64,000 nucleotides of DNA from Clostridia bacterium. GTDB taxonomy: Bacteria > Bacillota > Clostridia > TANB77 > CAG-465. The DNA is taken from positions 20,279-84,278 of the forward strand of contig JBJEXW010000043.1 of NCBI GenBank assembly GCA_051886195.1, given 5' to 3'. Below, piece after piece: positions 27,296 through 37,263 of this stretch. Position 1 is the first letter of the stretch, and each line of letters opens with the position of its first letter. Below the pieces are notes generated by a model, which ran no database searches, was not told where the DNA came from, and saw only the letters and a list, made by a program, of their open reading frames with translations. The translations under genes and the position numbers were made by a program.

Positions 27296-28165
27296 TTAAA
27301 ATTCACAAATTGTAGTGATACCACACGGTAAAAATTCATCAGTATTCTTTTGCTTTAATCCTATTTCATCAAAAGATATATTCATATTTTTTCTATTTAT
27401 AGCATGTCTTATTACATTAGATATTATTGTGCCTGAAAGTCCACCTGTATATGTGTTTACAATCATAAACATAGCATCATCAGATAAAAGATTTGAGCAT
27501 AGTTCAATTAATTCAAAAATGTTTTTTTCTATGCTCCATACTTCACCATTTTTTCCCCTACCATAAGAAGGAGGATCCATTATTATACAATCGTATTTAT
27601 TGTTCCTTCTAATTTCTCTTTTTACAAATTTTATTACATCATCTACTAAAAATCTAACAGGCTTATCTTTAAGACCACTTGAAGCCAAGTTTTCCTTAGC
27701 CCAATTTGTCATTCCTTGAGATGAGTCAACATGACATACACTTGCACCAGCATATGCACAGGCAACTGTTGCTCCACCAGTATATGCAAAAAGATTTAAA
27801 ACCTTTACATTTCTTCCCTTTTTTATTTCTTCTGAAATTTTTTCTATCATATAGTCCCAATTTACTGACTGTTCAGGAAAAAGTCCTGTATGTTTAAAAC
27901 CCATAGGTTTTAAATTAAATGTTAAATCGTTGTACTTTATGCTCCAACTATCCTCCATTTTTTTGATTTTTTCCCAATGTCCGCCACCAGTTGAACTTCT
28001 AATATATCTAGCATGAGCCTTACTCCATAATTCTGGATTTTTCTTATCTGGCCAAACAATTTGTGGATCAGGTCTAATTAATATATATTTTCCCCATCTT
28101 TCTAATTTTTCTCCATTTGCCATATCAAGCAATTCATACTCATTTAACTGTTTACTATAACGCAT
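27296..28165 (-). CDS. Class I SAM-dependent methyltransferase (RlmI/RlmK-type catalytic domain)
   Basis: 289 aa. VLNLFAYTGGATVACA (SAM binding) and DCIIMDPPSYGRG motifs. GAAGGAG RBS. Confidence 0.75.
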   Translation of the reverse strand: MRYSKQLNEYELLDMANGEKLERWGKYILIRPDPQIVWPDKKNPELWSKAHARYIRSSTGGGHWEKIKKMEDSWSIKYNDLTFNLKPMGFKHTGLFPEQSVNWDYMIEKISEEIKKGRNVKVLNLFAYTGGATVACAYAGASVCHVDSSQGMTNWAKENLASSGLKDKPVRFLVDDVIKFVKREIRRNNKYDCIIMDPPSYGRGKNGEVWSIEKNIFELIELCSNLLSDDAMFMIVNTYTGGLSGTIISNVIRHAINRKNMNISFDEIGLKQKNTDEFLPCGITTICEF

Positions 28166-28195
28166 ATTATATTCTCCTTCTTCATAAGTATTATT

Positions 28196-29257
28196 ATGAT
28201 TAATTTTGATAAAAAAATATTAAAAATAATAATATTATTTATTTGTTTATTATGTATCTTTTGTTTTCAAAAAACAAATTATATTTCAATAAAAAATACA
28301 ATTAATATCTTCTTGGAATCAGTAATGCCATCACTATTTCCATTCATTTTATTTACAAACATAATAATATTAAGCAATCTTTCTAAAGCATTAATTAAGT
28401 TGTCTAAAAAATATGGATATTTAATTTATGCTGGAATTATTGGATTTATATGTGGTTATCCAATGGGAGCAAAAGCCACTTATTCTTTATATGTTGAAAA
28501 TAAAATAACTAAAAAACAAGCTTCATTTTTAATGTCTTTTGCAAATAATTGTAATCCTATTTTTATTATTTCAACAATAGGAATTTGTATATTTAATAAT
28601 ATTTATATAGGAATAATCTTACTTTTTAGTCACTACATTGCTGCTTTATTAATTTGTATTATAAATTTTACACATAATGATATTATACACGATAATACGC
28701 AAATTTCAAATAGTTTTAGTAAAAATATAGATAAAAAGTTACATAAAAGTATGTTTGAAATTGTTGATTTATCTATAAAGTCTACCTTCATTACATTAGG
28801 AAATATTCTAGCTTTTATTATAATATTTAATTTAATTTTTTCAATACTTGAAACGTTACTTATTAAATTAAATATTTCAAATAATATTATATATTTAATA
28901 TCTGGAATATTTGAAGTAACAAATGGTTCAAGGCTCATTTATTTAAATACTGATTTTGATTTTAATATTATTATATCCTTAATTTCATTTATGTTATCTT
29001 TTAGTGGATTTTCTATTATATTTCAAATATATTCATGTGTATATAAAATACCAATAAAATTATGGCATATAATTAAATACAAAGCAATACAAGGAATTTT
29101 ATCTTCAGTCATCACATACTTTATTTTAATTATAATTAATATTAATGCATCACAAAACATGAATTTATTGCACTTTAATGCTCCTTCATACTTTTTAATT
29201 ATTGCTTCATCTCTTTTTATTTTAGTTTGTTCAATAAAAAAAGTAACTCGAAAATAA
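28196..29257 (+). CDS. ylbJ: Sporulation integral membrane protein YlbJ-like (nucleoside-recognition-type membrane protein)
   Basis: 353 aa polytopic protein. VMPSLFPFILFTN and GFICGYPMGAKAT motifs. No obvious SD upstream of the ATG. Confidence 0.7.
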   Translation: MINFDKKILKIIILFICLLCIFCFQKTNYISIKNTINIFLESVMPSLFPFILFTNIIILSNLSKALIKLSKKYGYLIYAGIIGFICGYPMGAKATYSLYVENKITKKQASFLMSFANNCNPIFIISTIGICIFNNIYIGIILLFSHYIAALLICIINFTHNDIIHDNTQISNSFSKNIDKKLHKSMFEIVDLSIKSTFITLGNILAFIIIFNLIFSILETLLIKLNISNNIIYLISGIFEVTNGSRLIYLNTDFDFNIIISLISFMLSFSGFSIIFQIYSCVYKIPIKLWHIIKYKAIQGILSSVITYFILIIININASQNMNLLHFNAPSYFLIIASSLFILVCSIKKVTRK

Positions 29258-29372
29258 CATAATTTCCAAGTTACTCTATATAAATTAAAGAAGGGGGGTA
29301 AACTTTAAGTCTACACTAATATTATATACAATTTAATTTTTTTTATTCATAAAAAATAAAGGAGGTGATAAA

Positions 29373-29594
29373 ATGGATAAAAACCAGCCTTTTTTCGATC
29401 CATATAACTTTAATACGCAACAAGTAAATAGTAATATTCAGCAACAAAATATTGATCCTGTAATGGACACTATGGCAAATCCAATGATGTACTACGAACA
29501 ACAGTATATGTATTACAGATATCTTACACAAGTACTTGAATATAAAATAAAATTAAAAGAATATGAAAAACTAGCAAATAACAATATGCAATAA
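29373..29594 (+). CDS. Hypothetical small Gln/Tyr/Met-rich protein, 73 aa
   Basis: AAAGGAGGTG RBS 6 nt upstream of the ATG and its own terminator. No recognised family. Confidence 0.55.
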   Translation: MDKNQPFFDPYNFNTQQVNSNIQQQNIDPVMDTMANPMMYYEQQYMYYRYLTQVLEYKIKLKEYEKLANNNMQ

Positions 29595-29618
29595 AAAAAG
29601 AGCACTAGCTCTTTTTTT
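29593..29618. terminator. Bidirectional intrinsic terminator
   Basis: AAAGAGC-acta-GCTCTTT, flanked by an A-run and a T-run. Confidence 0.7.
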
Positions 29619-30360
29619 ATATTACTAGCCCACCATTTGGACTTATTACTTGTCCTGTTATATATCTTGCTTCATATGATGCTAAGAATTTTACTGTAGC
29701 AGCTACATCCTCGACAGCTCCAATTTTTCCAAGCGGTATTTCATCTTTTAATACTTTCATATCTTCTTCTGTAAGTGTAGCAAGCATATCTGTTGAGATG
29801 GCTCCAGGTGCAACAACATTAACAGTTATATTTGATGGAGCAAGCTCCTTTGCTAAAGCTTTACTCATGCCAATAATTGCAGCTTTAGAAGTCGAATAGG
29901 CTACTTCTAAAGACGCTCCTACCATTCCCCAAATAGATGAAATATTAATAATTGTGCCATCCTTTCTTGGAAGCATTGATTTTTTTAAAACTGCTTGTGT
30001 TGTATTAAATGTTCCCATAATATTTACATTTAGCATTCTTTGAAGTTCTTCTTCACTTATATCAATAAATAATTTATATTCACTAATTCCAGCATTATTT
30101 ACAAGAACATCTATATTTCCAAATGTACCTATAACATAATCTACCATTTTATCTACTTCTTCTCTTTTAGTTATATCTGCCTGATATATTATTACACTAC
30201 AACCATCTTTAGAAAGCTCACTACAAAGTTCTTTTGCTTCTTTTTCTGAAGTATTATAATTTATACATACATTATATCCACTATAAGCGAAATCCTTTGC
30301 AATAGCTCTTCCAATCCCTTTAGCAGCTCCTGTTATTATTACTGTTTTATTCATTTTCAT
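29617..30360 (-). CDS. SDR-family oxidoreductase, 3-oxoacyl-ACP reductase (FabG)-like
   Basis: 247 aa. TGAAKGIGRAIA, NNAG and YSTSKAA (YxxxK) motifs. Confidence 0.8.
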   Translation of the reverse strand: MKMNKTVIITGAAKGIGRAIAKDFAYSGYNVCINYNTSEKEAKELCSELSKDGCSVIIYQADITKREEVDKMVDYVIGTFGNIDVLVNNAGISEYKLFIDISEEELQRMLNVNIMGTFNTTQAVLKKSMLPRKDGTIINISSIWGMVGASLEVAYSTSKAAIIGMSKALAKELAPSNITVNVVAPGAISTDMLATLTEEDMKVLKDEIPLGKIGAVEDVAATVKFLASYEARYITGQVISPNGGLVI

Positions 30361-30391
30361 CCCTCTTTTTCATATATTATTATTTTAACAT

Positions 30392-30431
30392 AAAATAAAC
30401 TAAAAAGTACATACTTTTTTAGTATGTACTT
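30392..30431 (-). terminator. Intrinsic terminator after the 572-aa gene
   Basis: AAGTACATACT-5 nt-AGTATGTACTT, followed on the minus strand by TTTTAGTTTATTTT. Confidence 0.75.
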
Positions 30432-30444
30432 AAAATTTATTATT

Positions 30445-32163
30445 TTATAATGATTTATCTTCTTGAGATTTAGTTTTATCTTCAACATCTTTTGCTTTAT
30501 CGTCTTTAATTCTATTTACTTCTGCTTCAACTCTTGCATTTTGATCATTTACTAAATCTGACATCCATTTTTCATTTTCTTTTTCTCTTTGTTCTCTTGA
30601 AGAGTCTTCTGGTTCAAAGAAGTAATTGTTAACGCCTTCTTTTACATTTCCAGCTGCTTCTACTACTTTTCCTTTAACATTTTCTTTAATATTTGATGCT
30701 GATGTACCAAGAGCCTTAATACTTTGTTTTCTTTTACTTTTATCTGAAAGAGAATCCACAAAGCTAAGAATTCTTGTTCTTAAAGTTTTAATTTGATTTG
30801 TTGAATCTTTAAATTGTTCAACACCTTTCAAAGAATTATATTTCTCTTCTATTTCATTTTTTTCCATTAGAAGGTTTTGAACTTCTTCAGAATCCATTTC
30901 TTTACCAGAACTTACATAATCTTTTAATTTTTCTTCTTTTTCTTTAAGATTATTCTCAAGTTCTGATATTTTTTCATTAAAGCTTTTATTTACATCTTCA
31001 ATATTTTCAACTCCAATTTTATTTAAAGCCTTTTCCATTAATGGTCCATTTGCTAGTTTAAGCAATTTATCTCTTGTAGCATTAAATTTCCAAGATTTAA
31101 ATGGATTTCTATTATTTCCAATCATTGTAATTGCTTTTAATATCATATCTTTACATTTCGGATCATTTAACATTTCAACTCTAGTTAAATCCGTAAAGTC
31201 ACCTGAAAAATTTTCTAAAAGAAAAACTGCACTTTTATAATTTAATGCATTGTCTTCATTAAATCCAAGCATAGCTAAATAATCTGGTTTTATATCTTTA
31301 TCATCTAAAGTTTTTCCAACAGAATCTCCTTGAATCGATTCTGAAGGAATAGTTCCATTTTGAACTGCTTGCTTAACAGCATCTCCAACAGCTTTACCAG
31401 CTGCTGCAGTTCCTGCCGCTTTTCCAGCATTTTCAAGATTATCTTGTTCTTTTTCTTGATTGTCTTGTTTCTCTTTTTCTTCTTTAACTTGCTTTTCAAA
31501 TTCTTCTCTTTTGTTTTCAGGAATTATTTTCTTTACTTTATCATTATTATATACTTTCTCTTTAGGATAAATTAAAGCCATTCCATTTACTCCGTTCATT
31601 CTTCCTTCATCATGATTTTTAATTGCAGCAGTTAAATCTTTTCTAACTGGAGATTCTGAACCCTTTTCTGGACCAATATCATCCATTAGATTTTTCCAAC
31701 CATTAAGTTCTTCTTCTAACGCTTTTATCTCATCGTCCTTTAATTCAGGATTCTGTAATTTTTGAGTTATTTCCTCTACATTTTTTTGTGCTTCATTATA
31801 TAAATTTTGAATTCTGTCTTCAAAATTGTTTATATCGTCATTTCTTGATGTTGTAATATCTTGTATTTCGCTTGCAGTTGAATCAACCAATTTTTCAACT
31901 TCATTTTCTGGTAATTCAAAAGCCTCTAGCTCTCTTCTTTGCGCGACAGTTAAATCATCATATGATTCTATTTTTTTACCTGTTCCTTCTAATTCACTAT
32001 TAAGCTTTTCAAAATATAACTCTTGTTTTCTTGCTTTTAAACCGTCATCTGCTTTTTTTAGAACATTTTCTATTGTGTTTCTATCTTTTTTTGTATTAGA
32101 TTTTAATTCTGCAGCCTCTTTTTTTATATCTGGTATGCTACCATTTTTTGTTACCTCTGCCAT
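30445..32163 (-). CDS. Hypothetical Lys/Glu-rich protein, 572 aa, no signal peptide or TM
   Basis: Strong AAAAAGGAGG RBS. Two charged, helix-rich halves are joined by an Ala/Gly-rich linker (NAGKAAGTAAAGKAVGDAVKQAV). No recognised catalytic motif. Confidence 0.6.
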   Translation of the reverse strand: MAEVTKNGSIPDIKKEAAELKSNTKKDRNTIENVLKKADDGLKARKQELYFEKLNSELEGTGKKIESYDDLTVAQRRELEAFELPENEVEKLVDSTASEIQDITTSRNDDINNFEDRIQNLYNEAQKNVEEITQKLQNPELKDDEIKALEEELNGWKNLMDDIGPEKGSESPVRKDLTAAIKNHDEGRMNGVNGMALIYPKEKVYNNDKVKKIIPENKREEFEKQVKEEKEKQDNQEKEQDNLENAGKAAGTAAAGKAVGDAVKQAVQNGTIPSESIQGDSVGKTLDDKDIKPDYLAMLGFNEDNALNYKSAVFLLENFSGDFTDLTRVEMLNDPKCKDMILKAITMIGNNRNPFKSWKFNATRDKLLKLANGPLMEKALNKIGVENIEDVNKSFNEKISELENNLKEKEEKLKDYVSSGKEMDSEEVQNLLMEKNEIEEKYNSLKGVEQFKDSTNQIKTLRTRILSFVDSLSDKSKRKQSIKALGTSASNIKENVKGKVVEAAGNVKEGVNNYFFEPEDSSREQREKENEKWMSDLVNDQNARVEAEVNRIKDDKAKDVEDKTKSQEDKSL

Positions 32164-32185
32164 ATCTTTTTTCCTCCTTTTTTAA

Positions 32186-32317
32186 TTAATATTTATTTAC
32201 ATATTGTTTTAAAGAATTAATAAACTCCATATGAGCATCTACCTCTACTTCTTCTTTAAACTCTTTAATATCATTTTGTAATAATTCAAATTCTTTTTTT
32301 GCTTCATCAAGTGTCAT
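32186..32317 (-). CDS. Small ORF (43 aa, acidic, helical) directly upstream of the 572-aa gene; below the ORF-track length cutoff
   Basis: My translation: MTLDEAKKEFELLQNDIKEFKEEVEVDAHMEFINSLKQYVNKY*. GGGGG lies 8-9 nt upstream of ATG 32317. The stop is 22 nt before the next gene's ATG. Confidence 0.45.
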   Translation of the reverse strand: MTLDEAKKEFELLQNDIKEFKEEVEVDAHMEFINSLKQYVNKY

Positions 32318-32362
32318 ACAACCAACCCCCTATAATATCTCTTATAATAAAATTATATAATG

Positions 32363-32393
32363 AAAAAAAAATAAAGTCAATAATCTTGACTTT
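32363..32393 (-). terminator. Intrinsic terminator after the TagF-like gene
   Basis: AAAGTCAA-5 nt-TTGACTTT, followed on the minus strand by ATTTTTTTTT. Confidence 0.7.
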
Positions 32394-32526
32394 ATTTATA
32401 TTATTTTACATAATATTTTTAAAATTAATGTAATATTATCTTATATTTATATTTTTTTATGTATACCATCTAAAAAATTTAAGATTTTTTACTTTGTGTT
32501 AATAATGAAATTTTGATAATAAAAAA

Positions 32527-33915
32527 TTACTCACTTTTCTTATTTTTTATATTTCTACATGAAATTTTTCCTTTTATAGCTCTCATATTTTCTAAGAACT
32601 TCCAACCTTTTGAATTAATAATTTGTGCTATAAAATCATCTAATTCTTTTATTCTTTTTTCTCTTTGTGCAATCACTTCATTTTTTTCGTCTATAGTTTT
32701 ACTCAAAGATATATTTTTTTCTTTTAATTCTTCCATCTTTAATGTAATTCCGTCTACTTTATCTTTTTTCTTGATTTCTTCATTTATTTCTCCATTTTTA
32801 TTAAATAAAAAATCACATATGTTTTTACATCCACCATCATTTAATTTTCCAAACCATAATTTTCGTTTTTCTTCCATTTCTTCTTTAAATTTATAGTTAT
32901 TACTAAAGCTGCCTTCTATGCCCTTTATCAATTCATCTAATTTTTTAGCTTTATACCCTGGCATCCAAAAATTTGGTTCACTAAATATTATACCCCTATT
33001 ATTTTGATATTCTTCCTCATCTGTATTAATGTATAATACTGGCTTATTTAAAAATAAATACTCAACCCCTAAAGATGAATAGTCTGTAATCATAAGGTCT
33101 GATGCATCAAGTATTTCATTTATAGTAATCATATTATCTGATAAATCATTTTCATGAATAGTTATTATATTTTCTCTATCTTTAAATCTAGATTCTAATT
33201 CTTCACTTGGATGTTTTTTTATGCACAAAAGATAATTATTTTTCTTTAAGAAACTATCTAAATCATCATCATTATATGCTTCTATATTTATAGCATTGTC
33301 TACATTAAATTTACTTTCTTCAGAAGCCCTAGCACATCCTTTTCTAAATGTAGGCATATAGTATATTATTTTACTATATGCTGAAACATCTCTTCCAAGG
33401 ACCTTAGCTAAATTCTCTTTGGCTTTAGGATTTTTAAAATAATCTAATTTTGGATATCCAATTGGTATAATCTTACTATATTCACAATTTAATATTGTTG
33501 AAAAAATAACTCTCCAAAAATCTGATGGTAGAATTAAATAATCTATTTTTCTACCAATTTCAGAATACCATTTTTTGTCATCATTTGAAACTTTATCTGA
33601 TAGATATCCAGATTGCTTTGATCCAATCCCATGCCACAATTCTACATATATAGAATTTAAATTTTTTTCACCAACTATATTTGCATGAGTTGTGAAGAAA
33701 ATATCTACATTTTTACAATAATCAAAATACTCTTCTGTTCCTATCTTATATGCTAAAATTTCCATTTTACGCAGTTTTTCTACCATTTCTTCGGAACTTA
33801 CAGCCCAAACCAATTCCATTTTATCTGAGTATTCCTTTTTCATATATTCATATAATGGCTTAGCATTACTTGAATAGTCTGGAAAACTGCAAAAAATCAC
33901 TCTAGTTTTTTTCAT
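32527..33915 (-). CDS. CDP-glycerol glycerophosphotransferase family protein (TagB/TagF-like) with a C-terminal coiled-coil tail
   Basis: 462 aa. VELWHGIGSKQ, YYMPTFR and ITDYSSLGVEYLFLNKPVLYI motifs of the TagF family. The last 100 aa or so are heptad-like and end in SKGWKFLENMR. Confidence 0.8.
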   Translation of the reverse strand: MKKTRVIFCSFPDYSSNAKPLYEYMKKEYSDKMELVWAVSSEEMVEKLRKMEILAYKIGTEEYFDYCKNVDIFFTTHANIVGEKNLNSIYVELWHGIGSKQSGYLSDKVSNDDKKWYSEIGRKIDYLILPSDFWRVIFSTILNCEYSKIIPIGYPKLDYFKNPKAKENLAKVLGRDVSAYSKIIYYMPTFRKGCARASEESKFNVDNAINIEAYNDDDLDSFLKKNNYLLCIKKHPSEELESRFKDRENIITIHENDLSDNMITINEILDASDLMITDYSSLGVEYLFLNKPVLYINTDEEEYQNNRGIIFSEPNFWMPGYKAKKLDELIKGIEGSFSNNYKFKEEMEEKRKLWFGKLNDGGCKNICDFLFNKNGEINEEIKKKDKVDGITLKMEELKEKNISLSKTIDEKNEVIAQREKRIKELDDFIAQIINSKGWKFLENMRAIKGKISCRNIKNKKSE

Positions 33916-33980
33916 ATTCTCACCTACAATTATTAAAATAAATCAATATCAATATAACATTAATTTACTAAATAATCAAG

Positions 33981-34019
33981 AAAAAGAAGTAACAAAATAC
34001 GATTTGTTACTTCTTTTTT
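33981..34019. terminator. Intrinsic terminator after galE
   Basis: GAAGTAACAAA-6 nt-TTTGTTACTTC, flanked by AAAAA and TTTTTT. Confidence 0.75.
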
Positions 34020-34058
34020 CGACATAATATTTTATCATCTTATATTTTTAAATAATGC

Positions 34059-35060
34059 TTATTTATTTTCAAAATTCCATGCATCTCTACACATATCTTC
34101 AAGAGATCTTTTGGCTTCAAAACCTAACTCTTTTTTAGCTTTTGTAGGATCTGAGTAACATGCTGCAATATCTCCAGCTCTTCTAGGAGCTATTTTATAT
34201 GGTACTTTAACATTATTTGCTTTTTCAAATGCATTTACCATATCTAAAACACTATATCCAACACCTGTTCCAAGATTATATATATGCATACCTTTTTTAT
34301 CTGCTCTTAATTTATCTAAAGCATTTAAGTGTCCAATAGCTAGATCTACAACATGAATATAATCTCTTACACCAGTACCATCTTTTGTGTCATAGTCGTT
34401 TCCAAATACAGATAATTCTTTTAACTTACCTGCAGCAACTTTTTGAATAAATGGCATTAAGTTAGCAGGTATCCCTTTTGGATCTTCTCCAATTAGTCCA
34501 CTTTCATGTGCTCCAACTGGATTAAAATATCTAAGTATTGCAATATTCCATTCATTATCTGATTTGTATAAATCTTGTAATATTTGTTCAACCATTAGTT
34601 TTGATGTTCCATATGGATTTGTAGTTCCACCAACTTTGCATTCCTCAGTAATTGGCACAACTTCTGGATCTCCATAAACAGTAGCTGAAGATGAAAATAC
34701 TAGTGTTTTAACATTATGTTTTTTCATTTCATCTAAAAGTACTAAAACTGTAGAAACATTATTTGTATAGTATTCTACTGGTTTTTGTACTGATTCTCCA
34801 ACAGCTTTATATGCAGCGAAGTCTATAACTGCACTTATATCATTTTCATTAAATATTTTTTCTAATATATCTCTATCAATCATGTTTCCTTCATAAAGTT
34901 TAACATCTTTTCCTGTGATTTTTTTTACATTTTCTAATGCTTCTGGTGAGCTATTTGAAAAGTTATCTAATACAACAACTTCTTCTCCTTTATTTAATAG
35001 TTCAACACATGTATGTGTTCCTATGTATCCTGCTCCACCTGTAACTAATATTTTTGACAT
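34059..35060 (-). CDS. galE: UDP-glucose 4-epimerase
   Basis: 333 aa. [24 protein letters not shown] and YGTSK motifs. Confidence 0.92.
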   Translation of the reverse strand: MSKILVTGGAGYIGTHTCVELLNKGEEVVVLDNFSNSSPEALENVKKITGKDVKLYEGNMIDRDILEKIFNENDISAVIDFAAYKAVGESVQKPVEYYTNNVSTVLVLLDEMKKHNVKTLVFSSSATVYGDPEVVPITEECKVGGTTNPYGTSKLMVEQILQDLYKSDNEWNIAILRYFNPVGAHESGLIGEDPKGIPANLMPFIQKVAAGKLKELSVFGNDYDTKDGTGVRDYIHVVDLAIGHLNALDKLRADKKGMHIYNLGTGVGYSVLDMVNAFEKANNVKVPYKIAPRRAGDIAACYSDPTKAKKELGFEAKRSLEDMCRDAWNFENK

Positions 35061-35151
35061 AATAATCTAACCATCCTTTCATCCATTTTACATTAATATA
35101 ATATTATATCATTGTGGTAATTATATAATAATATTGTGAAAAAATCAAATA

Positions 35152-36036
35152 CTAATTTTCTACAACAACTTTAGATTGTTTCAAATAACTAGCAAACGTA
35201 GACAATGACATACTTCTATTTGCATATATTCTTGTGATATGATACATATCCTCTATATTATCCATATTGCAAATTCCACCAAGCATTTCTAGTCCAAAAT
35301 CATAATAGTCTTTTATTATCTCTAACGTATCATTATTATATCTTCCACTTGGATAACAAAAAACGGATACTCTTTGACCAGTTAGAGTTTCTAATCTTTC
35401 TTTTGACTCAACAGCTTCAACAACTTGTTCTTCATATGTCATTTGATCTAAATAACCATGAGTTTTAGTATGAGATTCTACTTTTACTAGTCCACTTTCT
35501 GCAATTTCTTTTATTTGTTCCTCAGTTAAGTAATTTTCTCCATTTATATAATCTGTAATTATAAATATTGTAGCTTTTTGATTATATTTTTTTAATAATG
35601 GAAATGCATTTTCATAAAAGTAAACAAAGCAATCATCAAAAGTAAGTGCAACTGGTTTTTCATATTTATATAAATCATCCATTTCATCTATAAATATTGT
35701 CTGATAACCATTTTCACTTATATATTGCAATTGTTCTTCTAATGTCTCAGGCTTCAAAAAATTTTCCGTATCAGTATATTCGCCATAATCATCAAGTATA
35801 AAATGATACATAAAGATTGGCACTGTAGCATGTGTTTTATTAGGAACAACTATTTCGTCCGCCAAAGCTTCTAAATTAACACTTGTATTAATATTCTGAA
35901 CTAAATTAATATTGCTTAAATCTATATTTGCTTTTCTTTTAAGTAAAAAATTAATTCCAAATATAACTCCAATTATAATTAATATTAATAATATAAATAG
36001 AATTATTATAGCAATATATTTTTTGTTATTTTTCAT
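35152..36036 (-). CDS. Polysaccharide deacetylase family protein (NodB domain), membrane anchored
   Basis: N-terminal TM, ALTFDDCF (motif 1) and ESHTKTH (motif 2). Start at ATG 36036 with GGAGG 5 nt upstream. Confidence 0.8.
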   Translation of the reverse strand: MKNNKKYIAIIILFILLILIIIGVIFGINFLLKRKANIDLSNINLVQNINTSVNLEALADEIVVPNKTHATVPIFMYHFILDDYGEYTDTENFLKPETLEEQLQYISENGYQTIFIDEMDDLYKYEKPVALTFDDCFVYFYENAFPLLKKYNQKATIFIITDYINGENYLTEEQIKEIAESGLVKVESHTKTHGYLDQMTYEEQVVEAVESKERLETLTGQRVSVFCYPSGRYNNDTLEIIKDYYDFGLEMLGGICNMDNIEDMYHITRIYANRSMSLSTFASYLKQSKVVVEN

Positions 36037-36048
36037 ATAAACCTCCAT

Positions 36049-37185
36049 CTATTTTTCTAAAATCCTTACCCACTCTTTAGCAACATTATAGCTATGATAT
36101 TTTTTTACTTCTTCTAAAGAATTACTAGATAATTCTTTCCATCTTTCCTCATTGCTTAAAAGACTGGTTATTTCCTCTGCCATTTTTTCTTTGTTTCTCT
36201 CCTGTATAAGTATTCCATTATATCCAGATTTAATAATTTCTTTTGGGCCTACTTCAATGTCAAAACATAGACTTGGCAATCCACATTCCATTGCTTCACA
36301 AAGTACAAGAGAAAAACTCTCACATAGTGATGTTAAAACAAATACAGATGAAGATAACAATTCTTCCTTAACTTTTTCTGAAGATATTCTGCCCGTAATA
36401 GTAACAAAATCATTGAGTCCTAATTCATTCACTTTTCTTTCAATAATTTCTCGCTGTGAACCTTCCCCAACAATTTTTAATTTTGCCTCTTTATTTTTTT
36501 TATGAACAATATTAAATACATCAATTAAAGTAGGAAAATCTTTTATTTTTTCTAATCTACCTACACTAATTATTGTGTTTGAACTAAAATTTGCTATTTC
36601 AGATTCATCCGTTTTCTCAATCATATTAGAAATATTATATACTTTTGCATTACTATTTGAATCTATAAGCCAGTTCTCATATTCTTCTTTTGCTTTTTTA
36701 GTCATAACTACAACATTATCTATATTTTTAAAGTATTTCTTTACTTTTTTTATATACTTAGGCGTTGTAATATATGAATGCTCCTGAGAAATATTTAATG
36801 TATCTCTTCTTTTTATTTGCTTAGAAAATTCAATACGAGAAGAAACTATAATATCTGTATCTATATTCTTTATATATTTTCTTAAAACACTACTTTTATA
36901 TATACCACATTTAATCATTATAATAGCTTCTTTTATGAGTCTAAATATTTTAAAATGCTTTAAAGCATAAAAAAACTCCTTATGATGTGGTCCAAAATTT
37001 GCTAAAAATTTAATCTTAACTTTTTCATCTATATTATAAAAAGAAGTTCCATTAAGTAAATCATATACAGATACAATTGTTATATCGTATTTACCTGTTT
37101 TTGCTAGCTCATTTATTAATGTAATAGTCTGTTTTTCAAGGCCACCATAATTAAGATGTAACATTAAAAAAGTTATCTTTTTCAC
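36049..37185 (-). CDS. Glycosyltransferase family 4
   Basis: 378 aa GT-B with SLCESFSLVLCEAMECGLP (EX7E). Confidence 0.8.
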   Translation of the reverse strand: MKKITFLMLHLNYGGLEKQTITLINELAKTGKYDITIVSVYDLLNGTSFYNIDEKVKIKFLANFGPHHKEFFYALKHFKIFRLIKEAIIMIKCGIYKSSVLRKYIKNIDTDIIVSSRIEFSKQIKRRDTLNISQEHSYITTPKYIKKVKKYFKNIDNVVVMTKKAKEEYENWLIDSNSNAKVYNISNMIEKTDESEIANFSSNTIISVGRLEKIKDFPTLIDVFNIVHKKNKEAKLKIVGEGSQREIIERKVNELGLNDFVTITGRISSEKVKEELLSSSVFVLTSLCESFSLVLCEAMECGLPSLCFDIEVGPKEIIKSGYNGILIQERNKEKMAEEITSLLSNEERWKELSSNSLEEVKKYHSYNVAKEWVRILEK

Positions 37186-37218
37186 ATTTTTCCTCCATTT
37201 TTAAGTTAACCAAATTAT

Positions 37219-37251
37219 ATAATAAAAGCTAAATGTTTGTCAACATTTAGC
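37219..37251 (-). terminator. Intrinsic terminator after glf
   Basis: GCTAAATGTT-4 nt-AACATTTAGC, followed on the minus strand by TTTTATTAT. Confidence 0.65.
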
Positions 37252-37263
37252 CTTTCATCACTT

